From: Candidatus Cloacimonadota bacterium
Lineage (GTDB): Bacteria > Muiribacteriota > UBA6191
DNA: 64,000 bases
Direction: 5' to 3'
Assembly: GCA_019454875.1 (NCBI GenBank)
Contig: JACFNL010000006.1
Span: forward strand, 5,349-69,348
Under the pieces are notes generated by a model. The model saw only the letters and a program-made list of their open reading frames with translations, was not told the DNA's origin and ran no database searches. Made by a program: the position numbers and the translations under genes. Below, in pieces: positions 29,201-38,240 of the stretch (position 1 is its first letter; each line of letters opens with the position of its first letter).

Positions 29201-29705
29201 TCTGACCAGAATTGTAGTGTCACAACTTAGTGAATCTGAAGATGAGATCTTTGCGATGGCCGGACATAAACAGGCACAGGCTCCGGTAAAAAACGAGGTT
29301 GAAAAACCAATGCCGCCTGCTGAGCCTGTAAAAGATGAAGTTGTGCCAGCACCTCAGCCTGTTGTTGCAAAGGCTAAGGAGAAAGAAGCTCGGCCAGTGA
29401 TTATGAGTTCTCCTGATCCAAAAACCCAGGAGATTTTTAATGAATTAAACAGGACTGAACCTTTGTTATCCAAGAGGACTGTGGTCGCTGAGGTACCGGT
29501 AACTCCAGTGCCTGAACCAAGAAAAGTGCCTGCAGAATCAGATTTTGAAGCATTTTTAGCAGATATGTTTAGTCCCACAGATGATGTAGCGGCTGTTAGT
29601 CAGGCTTCCTCGGTTGCAAAGACAGGTACAACAACTTCCACAAAACTACCTTCTTTGTCGGCTAGTGCGGAACGGGATTTCCTACAGTTTCTGGGAGGAT
29701 TTTAA
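26274..29705 (+). CDS. Secretin (PilQ/GspD family) with long disordered C-terminal extension
   Basis: Signal peptide, N-domains, QVFVDVKF, NPKVMVMNN, GVQLNVTPKI, LIIGGLI, VPGLTKLPLLGRFF, IFITPTIV. Confidence 0.9.
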   Translation: MFNYKSVAWLLILHLVLQPFLLVGTVLFAEEGDSAPVRRTLNRRSTNPDQSPPAAQNQGEAATSENSETSGTDTASGPATTTGGRQRILTSMSQNRGSVANTSSATEVSSSLALQDTAYRESLDILSPDDTSPVLAESVFGAKGKVRINLVADNVEIKSIMDYLATEYRINIVSKEIATNNRIKTSLYDIPLETVFQVLLEQSNLSYEKRNGIIYLQDRGRGQDYFLEERFFKLKQFADFDFAGKLIDNISTSRGKKILPNPEKKAYFVVEYKANLERIQKTLGDLGYLDIIDPDSSVYSHHYLAYNYVDPKVVDEIIKKHQTKDGKAIPDAKSNRYIVFDTNAAFELMKQALDFIDVPPGQVFVDVKFLDLNDDDTKRIGMSQVVDWNGNTNDQDKFQFSLAADVTRALNWQVSPVVNLGMSGNHDLLNTKIINNPKVMVMNNDTANIQVTENFPYVTNENSNGVISSQINQVPIGVQLNVTPKINANGEVTMTLEPKVTVLKDVKIITTKVIDTNQAGGRTTETDSEFPIIDERSIKTNVTIPNGKTLIIGGLIKESDRKGVDQVPGLTKLPLLGRFFRRTTDAESKSQLYIFITPTIVKQAPVTSAFRSQQLAAVPSLSTSVSDSSTQTRVAVPGLQVSSAEPETKARPGVTPLKEKVDFSTFLQKVNALREKERQEKFEASDVQARNVQKQEGFDHLIEKLKQDIRTESQKPEAVATKTLVSTEPSQKLSAPLIPKDVVLGDRAERIAKLLRAWEENPVDGVMKPKEAVADPIDLRPRPPEAKALPDTTPLSQDIGGGPRRVSVAAPEVKKIEVVVPVETKAEEVKALVEDPIQMDYFSPLGIAPDARKRRAVEDPVFRFGDINGTRPNPNAAPVNTSAPEVMETDIPSEEAAGETTSETSEAPTRRRKVGFFEEPMSPNQFLPVPKVETPLKKVVSTGSNRSFEFTVRPTETKGDKTSGSQNWVDDFLERDLTRIVVSQLSESEDEIFAMAGHKQAQAPVKNEVEKPMPPAEPVKDEVVPAPQPVVAKAKEKEARPVIMSSPDPKTQEIFNELNRTEPLLSKRTVVAEVPVTPVPEPRKVPAESDFEAFLADMFSPTDDVAAVSQASSVAKTGTTTSTKLPSLSASAERDFLQFLGGF

Positions 29706-30235
29706 AGTTCAAACCGGCTGCTTTGAGTATACAGGGCAGCCAGTTCAAACAGAAGATTATCACCATTTCTGAATTCAGGCCGAACATCTTCACTGACTTC
29801 TTTAGGCAGTGGGAGGCCCACCTTCCATACTTCCATACGGATAAGATAGGTGACACGGCTTGTAGTACTTAGATCTTCGACTTTGGTGATTCTGGAAAAT
29901 GTACGAAAATGCGCATTGTTGTATTCAAGATCCATACTTGTTGCATTAGGAGATAAAAGGGAGCGATCGCGGATTCCGGGAGCAACCAGGGTTATTTCTG
30001 GTGGATAGGCTGAAAAATTGGCAGGTGAGATCCTGTCGATAAACTGATGCTGATTCAAAAACAAATCCATCTGATTACGACCGACTGTAATGGCACTCAC
30101 CTGGTCCTGCTGCATTAAAAGCAGTTCTACAAGATTGGCCAATGACCCAATCAGGGGAAATACCCCAACGGCGATCACAGTGATGGTGATCAGCAGTTCA
30201 ATCAGGGTTACACCTTTATTGTATAGAGGTTTCAT
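29702..30235 (-). CDS. Prepilin-type N-terminal cleavage/methylation protein (PilV/pseudopilin-like)
   Basis: NKG|VTLIELLI class III signal. Confidence 0.85.
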   Translation of the reverse strand: MKPLYNKGVTLIELLITITVIAVGVFPLIGSLANLVELLLMQQDQVSAITVGRNQMDLFLNQHQFIDRISPANFSAYPPEITLVAPGIRDRSLLSPNATSMDLEYNNAHFRTFSRITKVEDLSTTSRVTYLIRMEVWKVGLPLPKEVSEDVRPEFRNGDNLLFELAALYTQSSRFEL

Positions 30236-30792
30236 TCCCAGTTCAGCCCCATCTGTCTTCCGCTTATAAAACGAACGGGTTCCCGAAAATTCTGTAGAGT
30301 TTCCAGATCGTCATTAACAAATTCAATACTTCCCGAAGAAACAATAGCTTTTTCAATGGAGTCATATCTGCTTGTATATTTGAGTACCCAGCGGTTTTCT
30401 GATTCACATACCCCGTTTTGTGGGCGGGTTTTACACTGCCCGCCCTGGTAGGCACAGCAGTAGGAATCAGGGCTGGCAGAAGTATTACAAACTTTAAGGC
30501 TCTCATTTACAAACCATTCCACACACCAGATTTTTCTGAATTCAGCAATAGTTTCCGGGGTAATGGTGAAATTGGTGCTGACATCTTCTGCAAGACTGAC
30601 CTGACCGTGTATCAGGCCAGATAATGAGGCATAATCAGCCTGCACTCTGGCTCCCATGTACTCAAGTTCCAAAGACTGCTGAACCACAAGTTCATTAAGA
30701 GCGATGCCAATCATGGCAAAGGTTAGCACCAGAGTCAGAACGACTACCATGACGCTACCTTTAGAGTTATTGGTTGAATAGTGCATTTGCAT
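30232..30792 (-). CDS. PilX/GspK-like minor pilin (no Glu5), Cys-rich
   Basis: SKG|SVMVVVL hydrophobic helix, QADYASLSG (A-x-x-A-A-x-x-G-like). Confidence 0.65.
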   Translation of the reverse strand: MQMHYSTNNSKGSVMVVVLTLVLTFAMIGIALNELVVQQSLELEYMGARVQADYASLSGLIHGQVSLAEDVSTNFTITPETIAEFRKIWCVEWFVNESLKVCNTSASPDSYCCAYQGGQCKTRPQNGVCESENRWVLKYTSRYDSIEKAIVSSGSIEFVNDDLETLQNFREPVRFISGRQMGLNWE

Positions 30793-30871
30793 AGGATACC
30801 CCGAAATTATAGAACAAATCCTGTGCGAAAGGACTGAAATTTGCTAGAATCCAGCGAGATTGCACAAACTT

Positions 30872-31888
30872 ATGTTGAAACTGATTCAATTCGTCCTGAT
30901 TTTTCTATTCCTGATTGGTTTTACAGGTTGCTCAAAAAAACAGCATACTCCTGTAGGTACTATTCCTGTGCCCGATTTTTCCAAACCTGTAGATTTGCTG
31001 CCCAGCCTGATTAATGTCAGATATAATCCCGGAAGTTCTGGAGTAGAATCCTGCCGTACCTGCCATCAGGAGTATTATGAGGAATGGAAAGATTCCAGGC
31101 ATGCCAGGGCTACCCAGTCAGAGCTTTTTAAGTCCACATCAGATCATTATAAGCTAGAGAACTGTATGACCTGTCACTCTCCTGCAGATATGGAGTTGTC
31201 CATTCATCGTCCTAAGGCCAGAGACTGGAAGCTGGAGGAAGGGGTTACCTGCTCTTCCTGTCATGTTGTGGAAAACCGGACTCTTGGGGTTCTTAAGTCC
31301 AATGCCCCCCATCATACCCGCTTCAGTGAAGAGTTTAAAACATCCATGGCCTGTGCTTCCTGCCATCAGCCTACATACAATCAATGGAAAGAAAGTAAAT
31401 ATGCCAAAGAAGAAAGGCATTGTCAGACTTGCCACATGCCATCCACGGAAAGATTTATAGCCAATTATGCCCAGATTGGCTACAAGAAAAAACCGGCACA
31501 TAGCCATCATTTTCCGGTGGAATATGCTGGTGCCTGTGAGGTAGATATAACCCAGGGCAGGATATCTTTAGAGCAGATTACCGTGGCAGTTACCAATGTC
31601 GGGGCAGGGCACGATTTGCCAACCGGTGTATTTGGAGACAATACGGTTCAGGTGGAGCTTAGGATCCTGGATGGAGAAAAGGAGATTTTCTTTCGTCGGG
31701 AGACCTTAAATCAGGCCGCAAAAAATGCTATAAAATCTGGAGAAACCCGTCGCTTTTTTTATAATTTTCGTGCTCCGCAACAGAAGAGTTATCTGATGGT
31801 GGCGAAGGTCTATTTTCTGTCATCATTCCAGAATGAGCCTATCAAGCTTGCTGAGAGAGAACAATACTACTATCTGCATGATCAATAG
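30872..31888 (+). CDS. Pentaheme c-type cytochrome lipoprotein (c554-like)
   Basis: Lipobox FTGC; five CxxCH (CRTCH, CMTCH, CSSCH, CASCH, CQTCH); AGHDLPTG. Confidence 0.88.
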   Translation: MLKLIQFVLIFLFLIGFTGCSKKQHTPVGTIPVPDFSKPVDLLPSLINVRYNPGSSGVESCRTCHQEYYEEWKDSRHARATQSELFKSTSDHYKLENCMTCHSPADMELSIHRPKARDWKLEEGVTCSSCHVVENRTLGVLKSNAPHHTRFSEEFKTSMACASCHQPTYNQWKESKYAKEERHCQTCHMPSTERFIANYAQIGYKKKPAHSHHFPVEYAGACEVDITQGRISLEQITVAVTNVGAGHDLPTGVFGDNTVQVELRILDGEKEIFFRRETLNQAAKNAIKSGETRRFFYNFRAPQQKSYLMVAKVYFLSSFQNEPIKLAEREQYYYLHDQ

Positions 31889-32945
31889 ATATTTTTGGTG
31901 GATGTTCTGGCTCTTTTTGGCCGTGAATGAGAAACCGTTCTCGGAGCAGATTGTCCCTGGGGATCGGATTCTGGTAAATGGCACCCTGCAAATGCTGGCT
32001 GGAGAACAAAGACTGGTGACATCTGAGGGTCTAATCTTTTCTCTTTTAAATTATAAGCCGATGGCCGTAAATCTGGGCTCAAGCACTAGACTGGAAGGCT
32101 TTTATCAGATATTCCCACAAACAGATATTCGTTCGGTTCATGCAATAAGAAATGTTATTGGCAGTGATTCTTATTTCACTGATTCCGATACCAGGTGCCA
32201 GGATGCAGGTTCGGATACCTCAAGTTTATGTCAGGAATTTATGAAAAGGTATCTTGACTATGTTCGGGAAATGGAATTGGGTATGGCACTGAAGTATGCC
32301 CGCATGGTGTCCGAAAGGGAGGAGAAACTGAAGAATACGGATAGCCCGCCGGAAGATATTATTGTAAGTGTTGAGGAACCGCCTGATCTGGCCGGGATCC
32401 GTTTGTCTGTATTTGTGGAAAATCAAAGACAGTTTTATAGCTGGTATTCACAGTACCTAAAATACAGGCAGGATTTTATAGATGGCAATTCGGATGGATT
32501 TGATGCAAAACCGTACTACCTGCGGATTTCCCGAAAAAATTTTTTATTGTCGCTACACAGGCTGGATAACCATGAAGCCCTGTTTTTTTTTCCGATATCC
32601 TACGGATTTCATCCTGACGGTGCTGACAAACAGAAGCCTGACGATGGTAGAACTCCCAGGACTCCCCGTTTTAACACATCTCCCGCCAATTCCCCTCATT
32701 TTATTGCCCGCCGTATTAACGAGACCTGTAAACCCGGCATGACCGGGGCTTGTATGGGAATTGGTTCCCGAAGGCCCGAGGATCAGTTCTGGTCCCAGTT
32801 TGGAATGAATATAGCTATTCACGGGACTGAATCTTATGGAACGGTGGGAACTCGATCTTCCAACGGCTGTATCCGTTTGTTTCATAAGGATGCACAAATT
32901 CTTTTCCCTTTGACTTATGAAGGAATGCCCGTAATTTTGGATTAG
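31878..32945 (+). CDS. L,D-transpeptidase (YkuD) family protein
   Basis: DGRTP, IAIHGT...SSNGCIRL catalytic His/Cys. Confidence 0.85.
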   Translation: MINRYFWWMFWLFLAVNEKPFSEQIVPGDRILVNGTLQMLAGEQRLVTSEGLIFSLLNYKPMAVNLGSSTRLEGFYQIFPQTDIRSVHAIRNVIGSDSYFTDSDTRCQDAGSDTSSLCQEFMKRYLDYVREMELGMALKYARMVSEREEKLKNTDSPPEDIIVSVEEPPDLAGIRLSVFVENQRQFYSWYSQYLKYRQDFIDGNSDGFDAKPYYLRISRKNFLLSLHRLDNHEALFFFPISYGFHPDGADKQKPDDGRTPRTPRFNTSPANSPHFIARRINETCKPGMTGACMGIGSRRPEDQFWSQFGMNIAIHGTESYGTVGTRSSNGCIRLFHKDAQILFPLTYEGMPVILD

Positions 32946-32980
32946 TGCGATACTTGCAAACACAGGGGGAAGGAAATACC

Positions 32981-35512
32981 ATGGTAGGCATGGAAGATAG
33001 AACCAACCAGTTTCTGGACTCATTCTGGCTATTGTCACAGGAACAAAAGAGACGCAGAATTCTGGCATGGGTGCAAAAACCGGCCAAGGGAGTGGGACTT
33101 CTTCTTAAAAGAATTGCCTCTGAGGATGCTGAGGTACAGATTCGTTACCTTGCTCGCAAAGCCCTTTTTCACCTTCAGAAAATGAATGCTTCGGACGCGG
33201 TTGGATTAAAGCCAAATGTTGCCTGGGAAAAAATTGAGCCTCTTTTGCAATCTGAGAATTCGGAAAAGGTAACCCGGGTTATGGAATGGTGTGTCAAACA
33301 TCAGAGGCTAGAGCTTCTTGAGTGGATCAAGAGCCGTCTTGACTCACTGGTTGATCCGTATCTGATTGCATCTTCTCTTACTGCCATGGGTAGGCTTGGA
33401 GGTGGTTCAGCTTTTACATCCATCCGCTCATTTTTTCAGCATCCTGATGCCAGAGTTCGTGCTTCCTGTATAGAAGCTATGGGGATCTGTGGGGGCTCGG
33501 AAGCCACTCCGTATCTGTTGGGGGCATTGGGGAGCAAGGATCACAGGATGAGAGCCAACGCCATCCGTGCCCTGAGGTTGCAGGACAGAAAGCTGGTTTT
33601 GGAGGCCTTAGGCCAGATGGTTCAGTCCAAGGATGAATGGATGAGAAGTTCAGCAGCCTTTGCGATTGGGGAATTTAAGACTTCCGAAGTTTTGGAGTTA
33701 CTGGCATCTTTGCTCACAGATAAAATTGAATCCATTCGCAAGATGGCTTATCGCTCTCTTGAAAGATTAAGTGATCATGGAATTGTTGAAGCTGGTTTAC
33801 TTTTAAAAAATCTTTCGGGACTTAAGGAAGAAGAGTCCATTCGAGATTTTTTACAGCTCATGGAGAATCAGTCCCAGAAAGCTACTGAGGATTTGCTCTA
33901 TAGTGAAGATTCACAAATCAGGCTTGTAGAAATCAATCGTATTGTCAGAGAAAAAGATACTTCCCGCTATCGCGATCTGGAGGCGAGGCTGGTTCTTGAA
34001 GAGGATAATTATATCAAGGCTTCCTTGATTCTGGCATTAGGCAGGGTTGGTCAGGATAGTGCAGTTCCTTTAATCAAGTCCTTTCTGGTGGATCCAATTC
34101 CTAGAATCCGTGCCAATGCAATTGAGGCTTTAGGCTCGTTTGGCAAACCCCAGTATCTGCCTGAGGTAATTTTACGGCTTGATGAAACCAACAATCGGGC
34201 CAGGGCCAATGCAATTATTGCATTAAGACAGTTAAAGTATGTTGATATTGTTTCACCCCTCACGGAAATGGCTACTTCTAAAGATCCAAAAATCAGGCAG
34301 AGTGCCTTTTTTGCGATTACAGAACTAGGCAGCAAGGAAGCCAGGGATTTACTTAAACTACTGGCAAAAGATGCTGCGCCCAGCTTAAAGACCAATATTC
34401 GAGATTTTGTTCTGATGCTTGAAGAGCAGGATGCCAAAGAAGGCAAAAGGCTTAAAAAGGAATTGGATAGCCAGATAGACTTCTCCCAGGCCCAGGCCGA
34501 TTTTCAGGAAGTCGAAACCCTGGAAGAAGCTGCTAACGAGTCGCTTTTGGATGAAACTCCCCAGCTTAGAGAAAGTGATTTTGAAGGATTTCAGCCCGAT
34601 AATGTGACTCAGGACACAGTTCGATCTGTGGAGCTTAGCGGGTTTTTAAGCGTCTCCGCAGAAAAGAAAGCCCAGATGGTTGAGTTTATGAAAAACAGTC
34701 TGAGCCAGGAGCACTACACTATTTTGAGGTTTGCTGAAAGGGACAAGGATTTTCAGGTCAAGTGTCTGGCCAGAATTGCCTTGAACCAGTATAAAGGCAA
34801 AGGTTTTGTGGATGAGGATTTACAGTCTGTTGTTGGTCGTTCTGGTGGTGGGGGACTAGCCGGTAATTTTCTGATATCTGGAATTGGCGTGGAGAGAGTG
34901 CGGCTTGAGTATCAGGGAAATGACAGCATTCCTGTATTAAATCAGGATTTGCAGCGCAGATTGGAACAGTATACAGGCACAGGCAGCTACGGTGGAGCCT
35001 TAAAGAATGTGCCCATAGCCCTGACAGCCCTTCGTCGAGACAGTCAGGACATGATTGCTAATGCTCTAGGGCCTGAATTGCACCAGATAGAACTTCTAAG
35101 TCTTCTTTATTACAGTCCAACCTATCGCCCATTTCTGGAGGGACACAAGTCTTTGGATGGTTTGAATCTGGAGAACTTTGTGCAGCTAAATACCATGAAA
35201 TCCACGGTGGTTCAGGAAAATGCCCTGGATTTGGTATCCGTCTGGCTAAAGTCCTATGCCTCGCCTAAATATTTAATGGTTTTTCTGACTCCATCCAATT
35301 TAATCCTGTTTCTGCGTTCTACTCTTCAGTACAGGACGGCGGAATATGCCAGAATCCCAAGAGTTAAAATCAGTTCTGGACAATTGCGCAGGGGAGAACA
35401 TTTTCTGACTTTGGCTTTAAGGCTTGAGGGTGGGGAGGAATTACTTCTACCCAGGGTTCATGCCAAAGATGGTCAGGAACTTCTGGATCGACTGCTCTCT
35501 CACTCCCGCTAG
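32981..35512 (+). CDS. HEAT-repeat (PBS lyase-like) protein
   Basis: Repeated D.RVRA.AIEALG motifs; start at ATG 32981 or GTG 32945. Confidence 0.85.
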   Translation: MVGMEDRTNQFLDSFWLLSQEQKRRRILAWVQKPAKGVGLLLKRIASEDAEVQIRYLARKALFHLQKMNASDAVGLKPNVAWEKIEPLLQSENSEKVTRVMEWCVKHQRLELLEWIKSRLDSLVDPYLIASSLTAMGRLGGGSAFTSIRSFFQHPDARVRASCIEAMGICGGSEATPYLLGALGSKDHRMRANAIRALRLQDRKLVLEALGQMVQSKDEWMRSSAAFAIGEFKTSEVLELLASLLTDKIESIRKMAYRSLERLSDHGIVEAGLLLKNLSGLKEEESIRDFLQLMENQSQKATEDLLYSEDSQIRLVEINRIVREKDTSRYRDLEARLVLEEDNYIKASLILALGRVGQDSAVPLIKSFLVDPIPRIRANAIEALGSFGKPQYLPEVILRLDETNNRARANAIIALRQLKYVDIVSPLTEMATSKDPKIRQSAFFAITELGSKEARDLLKLLAKDAAPSLKTNIRDFVLMLEEQDAKEGKRLKKELDSQIDFSQAQADFQEVETLEEAANESLLDETPQLRESDFEGFQPDNVTQDTVRSVELSGFLSVSAEKKAQMVEFMKNSLSQEHYTILRFAERDKDFQVKCLARIALNQYKGKGFVDEDLQSVVGRSGGGGLAGNFLISGIGVERVRLEYQGNDSIPVLNQDLQRRLEQYTGTGSYGGALKNVPIALTALRRDSQDMIANALGPELHQIELLSLLYYSPTYRPFLEGHKSLDGLNLENFVQLNTMKSTVVQENALDLVSVWLKSYASPKYLMVFLTPSNLILFLRSTLQYRTAEYARIPRVKISSGQLRRGEHFLTLALRLEGGEELLLPRVHAKDGQELLDRLLSHSR

Positions 35513-35534
35513 GGTTTATGTTATTTTGTGGCCT

Positions 35535-37277
35535 ATGCTGCAAGAACTAATTATTTCAAATTTTGTCCTGATCGATGAAATCAGCCTGGTGTTTTCACCC
35601 AATCTGACCGTGTTTACTGGAGAAACCGGAGCAGGAAAGTCCATAATGCTTGATGCTCTTGAGCTTCTCTGTGGTGGTAAGGCAGAAAAAAATGCTTTCA
35701 GGGACCCTCTTAAGCCCCTCAAGGTGCAAGGCCTGTTTAGAATATCAAAAAATTCTGGTCTGTGGGCTGAGCTTGAGGAATTAGGCGTTAGTATCGAAGA
35801 TGAAGATGAAAACCTGATTCTTAAACGGGAGTTAAGCCCCCAGGGTAAAAACCGTTGTTTTATTAACTCGGATATGGTCAGGGTACAGGATCTGAAAAAA
35901 ATATCGGGCTGGCTTGTGAACATTCATTCCCAGCATGAAACTCATTCACTTCTGGATCCCAAATCCCATCCCGAGTTTTTTTATGCCTTAGGGGGCCAGG
36001 AGTTAAACTCTCTTCTTGTTGCCTATCGTGAGAAGTTTGAAGAGTTTCGATCGCTTTGGCAGAAAAAACAGAAAATGGATGCCAGACGCAGGGAGATTCT
36101 TCGTGAAAAGGACAGATTGTCCTTAGAGGTTGAGGAAATCTCCAGTCTTAATCTTGTGCGTGGAGAAGAAGAAGAACTGGCATTAAGACACAAGGCTTTG
36201 GTAAATGCCCAGGAAATAGGCATAAAAATCAGCAATATTTTGTCCTTTATGGATGGGTCCTCGGAAGGAAGCCTGATGTATCAGCTTGCTTTGATGACTC
36301 GTGATATTCGCAGCCTGGCCGTTTTAGATCCTAGAAGTTCGGAGCTTGTTGATGTTTTGGGGCAGATTGAGCTGCAGTTTGAGGAATTGAGTTCCCGCCT
36401 GCAGGATTATGAAGATGTTTCCCGATCGGGGTCAGATTATGATCTGGATTCGGTGGAATCCCGTATGGCTCAGATCGAAAACATCAAAAGAAAGTATGGG
36501 GCAGACATTGAAGCCGTTTTAGAACTGGAAAAAGAAAATGCAGAAACAATATTTTCTCTGATGCGAGAAGAGAAGGAACTGGATTCTTTAGATCATCTGC
36601 TACCGGTAAAATCTCGCGAACTGTATCAGGATGCACTGGCATTAAAGGCTCTAAAAGAAAAAGCCCGAGTAAGGGTTGAAAATGAAGTCTCCCAATGCCT
36701 GGCGCGTTTGAATATGCCAGAGGCCCGACTTGATATTCGTTTTGTAAACCGTGAAGGCTCATTGGAGTTCGTTTTGGACCAAAAGACAGTGGCCTTGGGG
36801 CCGGACGGCCTGGAGTCCGTTGAGTTTTATTTAAAAAGTAACTCTGGGCAGCAGCCCAGCCCATTAGCTAAAATTGCTTCTGGGGGTGAGATTTCCCGGG
36901 TCATGCTGGCCTTTAAAAAGGTTTTTGCCTCGGTAAAAACATCCCAGACCCTGATTTTTGATGAAATTGATACTGGAATTGGTGGGGATACGGCTCACAG
37001 GCTTGCTGAAATTGTTCAGGAAATATCTTCGTTAAGACAGGCTGTGGTTATAACTCATCTGGCCCAGATGGCTTTGCCTGCTAACAGACACTACCGGGTG
37101 GATAAAATTGTGGAAAAATCCGGTACTATTTCCAAAGTAGTGTTACTGACAGCTTCGGAACGGAAAACGGAGTTAAAACGCATGTTAGGACTGACTTCCG
37201 AGGATATACCTGATGAGACATTAAATCGTATGTTACAGAAGTTTGGGAAACCTATTTTGGAAAATGAGCGTACATAG
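35535..37277 (+). CDS. recN: DNA repair protein RecN
   Basis: TGETGAGKS, ASGGEISR, IFDEIDTG, ITHLAQ; start reassigned to ATG 35535. Confidence 0.95.
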   Translation: MLQELIISNFVLIDEISLVFSPNLTVFTGETGAGKSIMLDALELLCGGKAEKNAFRDPLKPLKVQGLFRISKNSGLWAELEELGVSIEDEDENLILKRELSPQGKNRCFINSDMVRVQDLKKISGWLVNIHSQHETHSLLDPKSHPEFFYALGGQELNSLLVAYREKFEEFRSLWQKKQKMDARRREILREKDRLSLEVEEISSLNLVRGEEEELALRHKALVNAQEIGIKISNILSFMDGSSEGSLMYQLALMTRDIRSLAVLDPRSSELVDVLGQIELQFEELSSRLQDYEDVSRSGSDYDLDSVESRMAQIENIKRKYGADIEAVLELEKENAETIFSLMREEKELDSLDHLLPVKSRELYQDALALKALKEKARVRVENEVSQCLARLNMPEARLDIRFVNREGSLEFVLDQKTVALGPDGLESVEFYLKSNSGQQPSPLAKIASGGEISRVMLAFKKVFASVKTSQTLIFDEIDTGIGGDTAHRLAEIVQEISSLRQAVVITHLAQMALPANRHYRVDKIVEKSGTISKVVLLTASERKTELKRMLGLTSEDIPDETLNRMLQKFGKPILENERT

Positions 37278-37281
37278 GTTT

Positions 37282-38217
37282 ATGAATCGTGTGCGCGTAG
37301 TATTATTAATCCTGTCCTTCTGTCAGGGAATTTTTGCCAATACCTTTTACCGAGATATCATCGAGGATGTGTCGGTATTGGAATCTGAGCCTTTAACTAT
37401 TCCAACCACAGTGGCTGAGTTGCCTGGTAATGTCTCCAATCCATCGTTTTCAAAGGCCAAGCGAATCCTGCAACAAAAGATTTATGAACCCTCGGGCAGA
37501 ACGGTCTATTGTGGCTGTGAGTTTTATACAGAGGATACAAAGTTAAAAGTTAAGCATGATGACTGTGGGTTTGCTCCCTTAAAACCAGGTGGCACGGATC
37601 GGGATAAAAAAGTTGAATGGGAGCATGTTGTACCAGCTAGTCATTTAGGAAAGCACAGAGAAGATCTAAAAAAGATCTGGGAAGAAGGGCATCCTGAATG
37701 TGTCACGGGCAGTGGTAAAGTTTACAAGGGAAGACAGTGCCTCGAAAAAGTCTCAATAGAGTTTAAGCTGATGCAGGCCGATATGTACAATCTGTATCCG
37801 GCCATCGGTAGCGTGAACGGATATAGAAGCGACAGGCAAATGGGAGAAATCCCCGGTGAAGAATATATTTTTGGCACCTGTGATGCCGAGTTTGCCAAAG
37901 GAGTCTTTGAACCAAGGGATGAATTTCGGGGTGATGTAGCCCGCACTTATCTTTATATGGAATCGGCCTATCCTGGATTGTATGCAGTTCCCGAAGAAAT
38001 CCGTGATCTTTTGAATGAATGGAATCAAAAAGATCCAGTGGATGTGTTTGAATGCTCCCGACAGAGAAAAATTTTTGACGAACAGGGAAATCGTAACCCA
38101 ATCTTAAGTCCTCTCTGTGAATCTGTGATGCATTCAGAATCTCTTACAGAAACCCCTGTTTTGACAGGTATTGAGGCTTTACCCCCACGATTTCACAGTC
38201 TTGAATTAAACCCCTAG
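37282..38217 (+). CDS. Secreted endonuclease I (EndA/Dns/Vvn family)
   Basis: Signal peptide; YCGC, EWEHVVP, DMYNLYPAIGSVNGYRS, EPRDEFRGDVAR. Confidence 0.92.
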   Translation: MNRVRVVLLILSFCQGIFANTFYRDIIEDVSVLESEPLTIPTTVAELPGNVSNPSFSKAKRILQQKIYEPSGRTVYCGCEFYTEDTKLKVKHDDCGFAPLKPGGTDRDKKVEWEHVVPASHLGKHREDLKKIWEEGHPECVTGSGKVYKGRQCLEKVSIEFKLMQADMYNLYPAIGSVNGYRSDRQMGEIPGEEYIFGTCDAEFAKGVFEPRDEFRGDVARTYLYMESAYPGLYAVPEEIRDLLNEWNQKDPVDVFECSRQRKIFDEQGNRNPILSPLCESVMHSESLTETPVLTGIEALPPRFHSLELNP

Positions 38218-38240
38218 GTAATTTGGTCGAATATCAGAAT

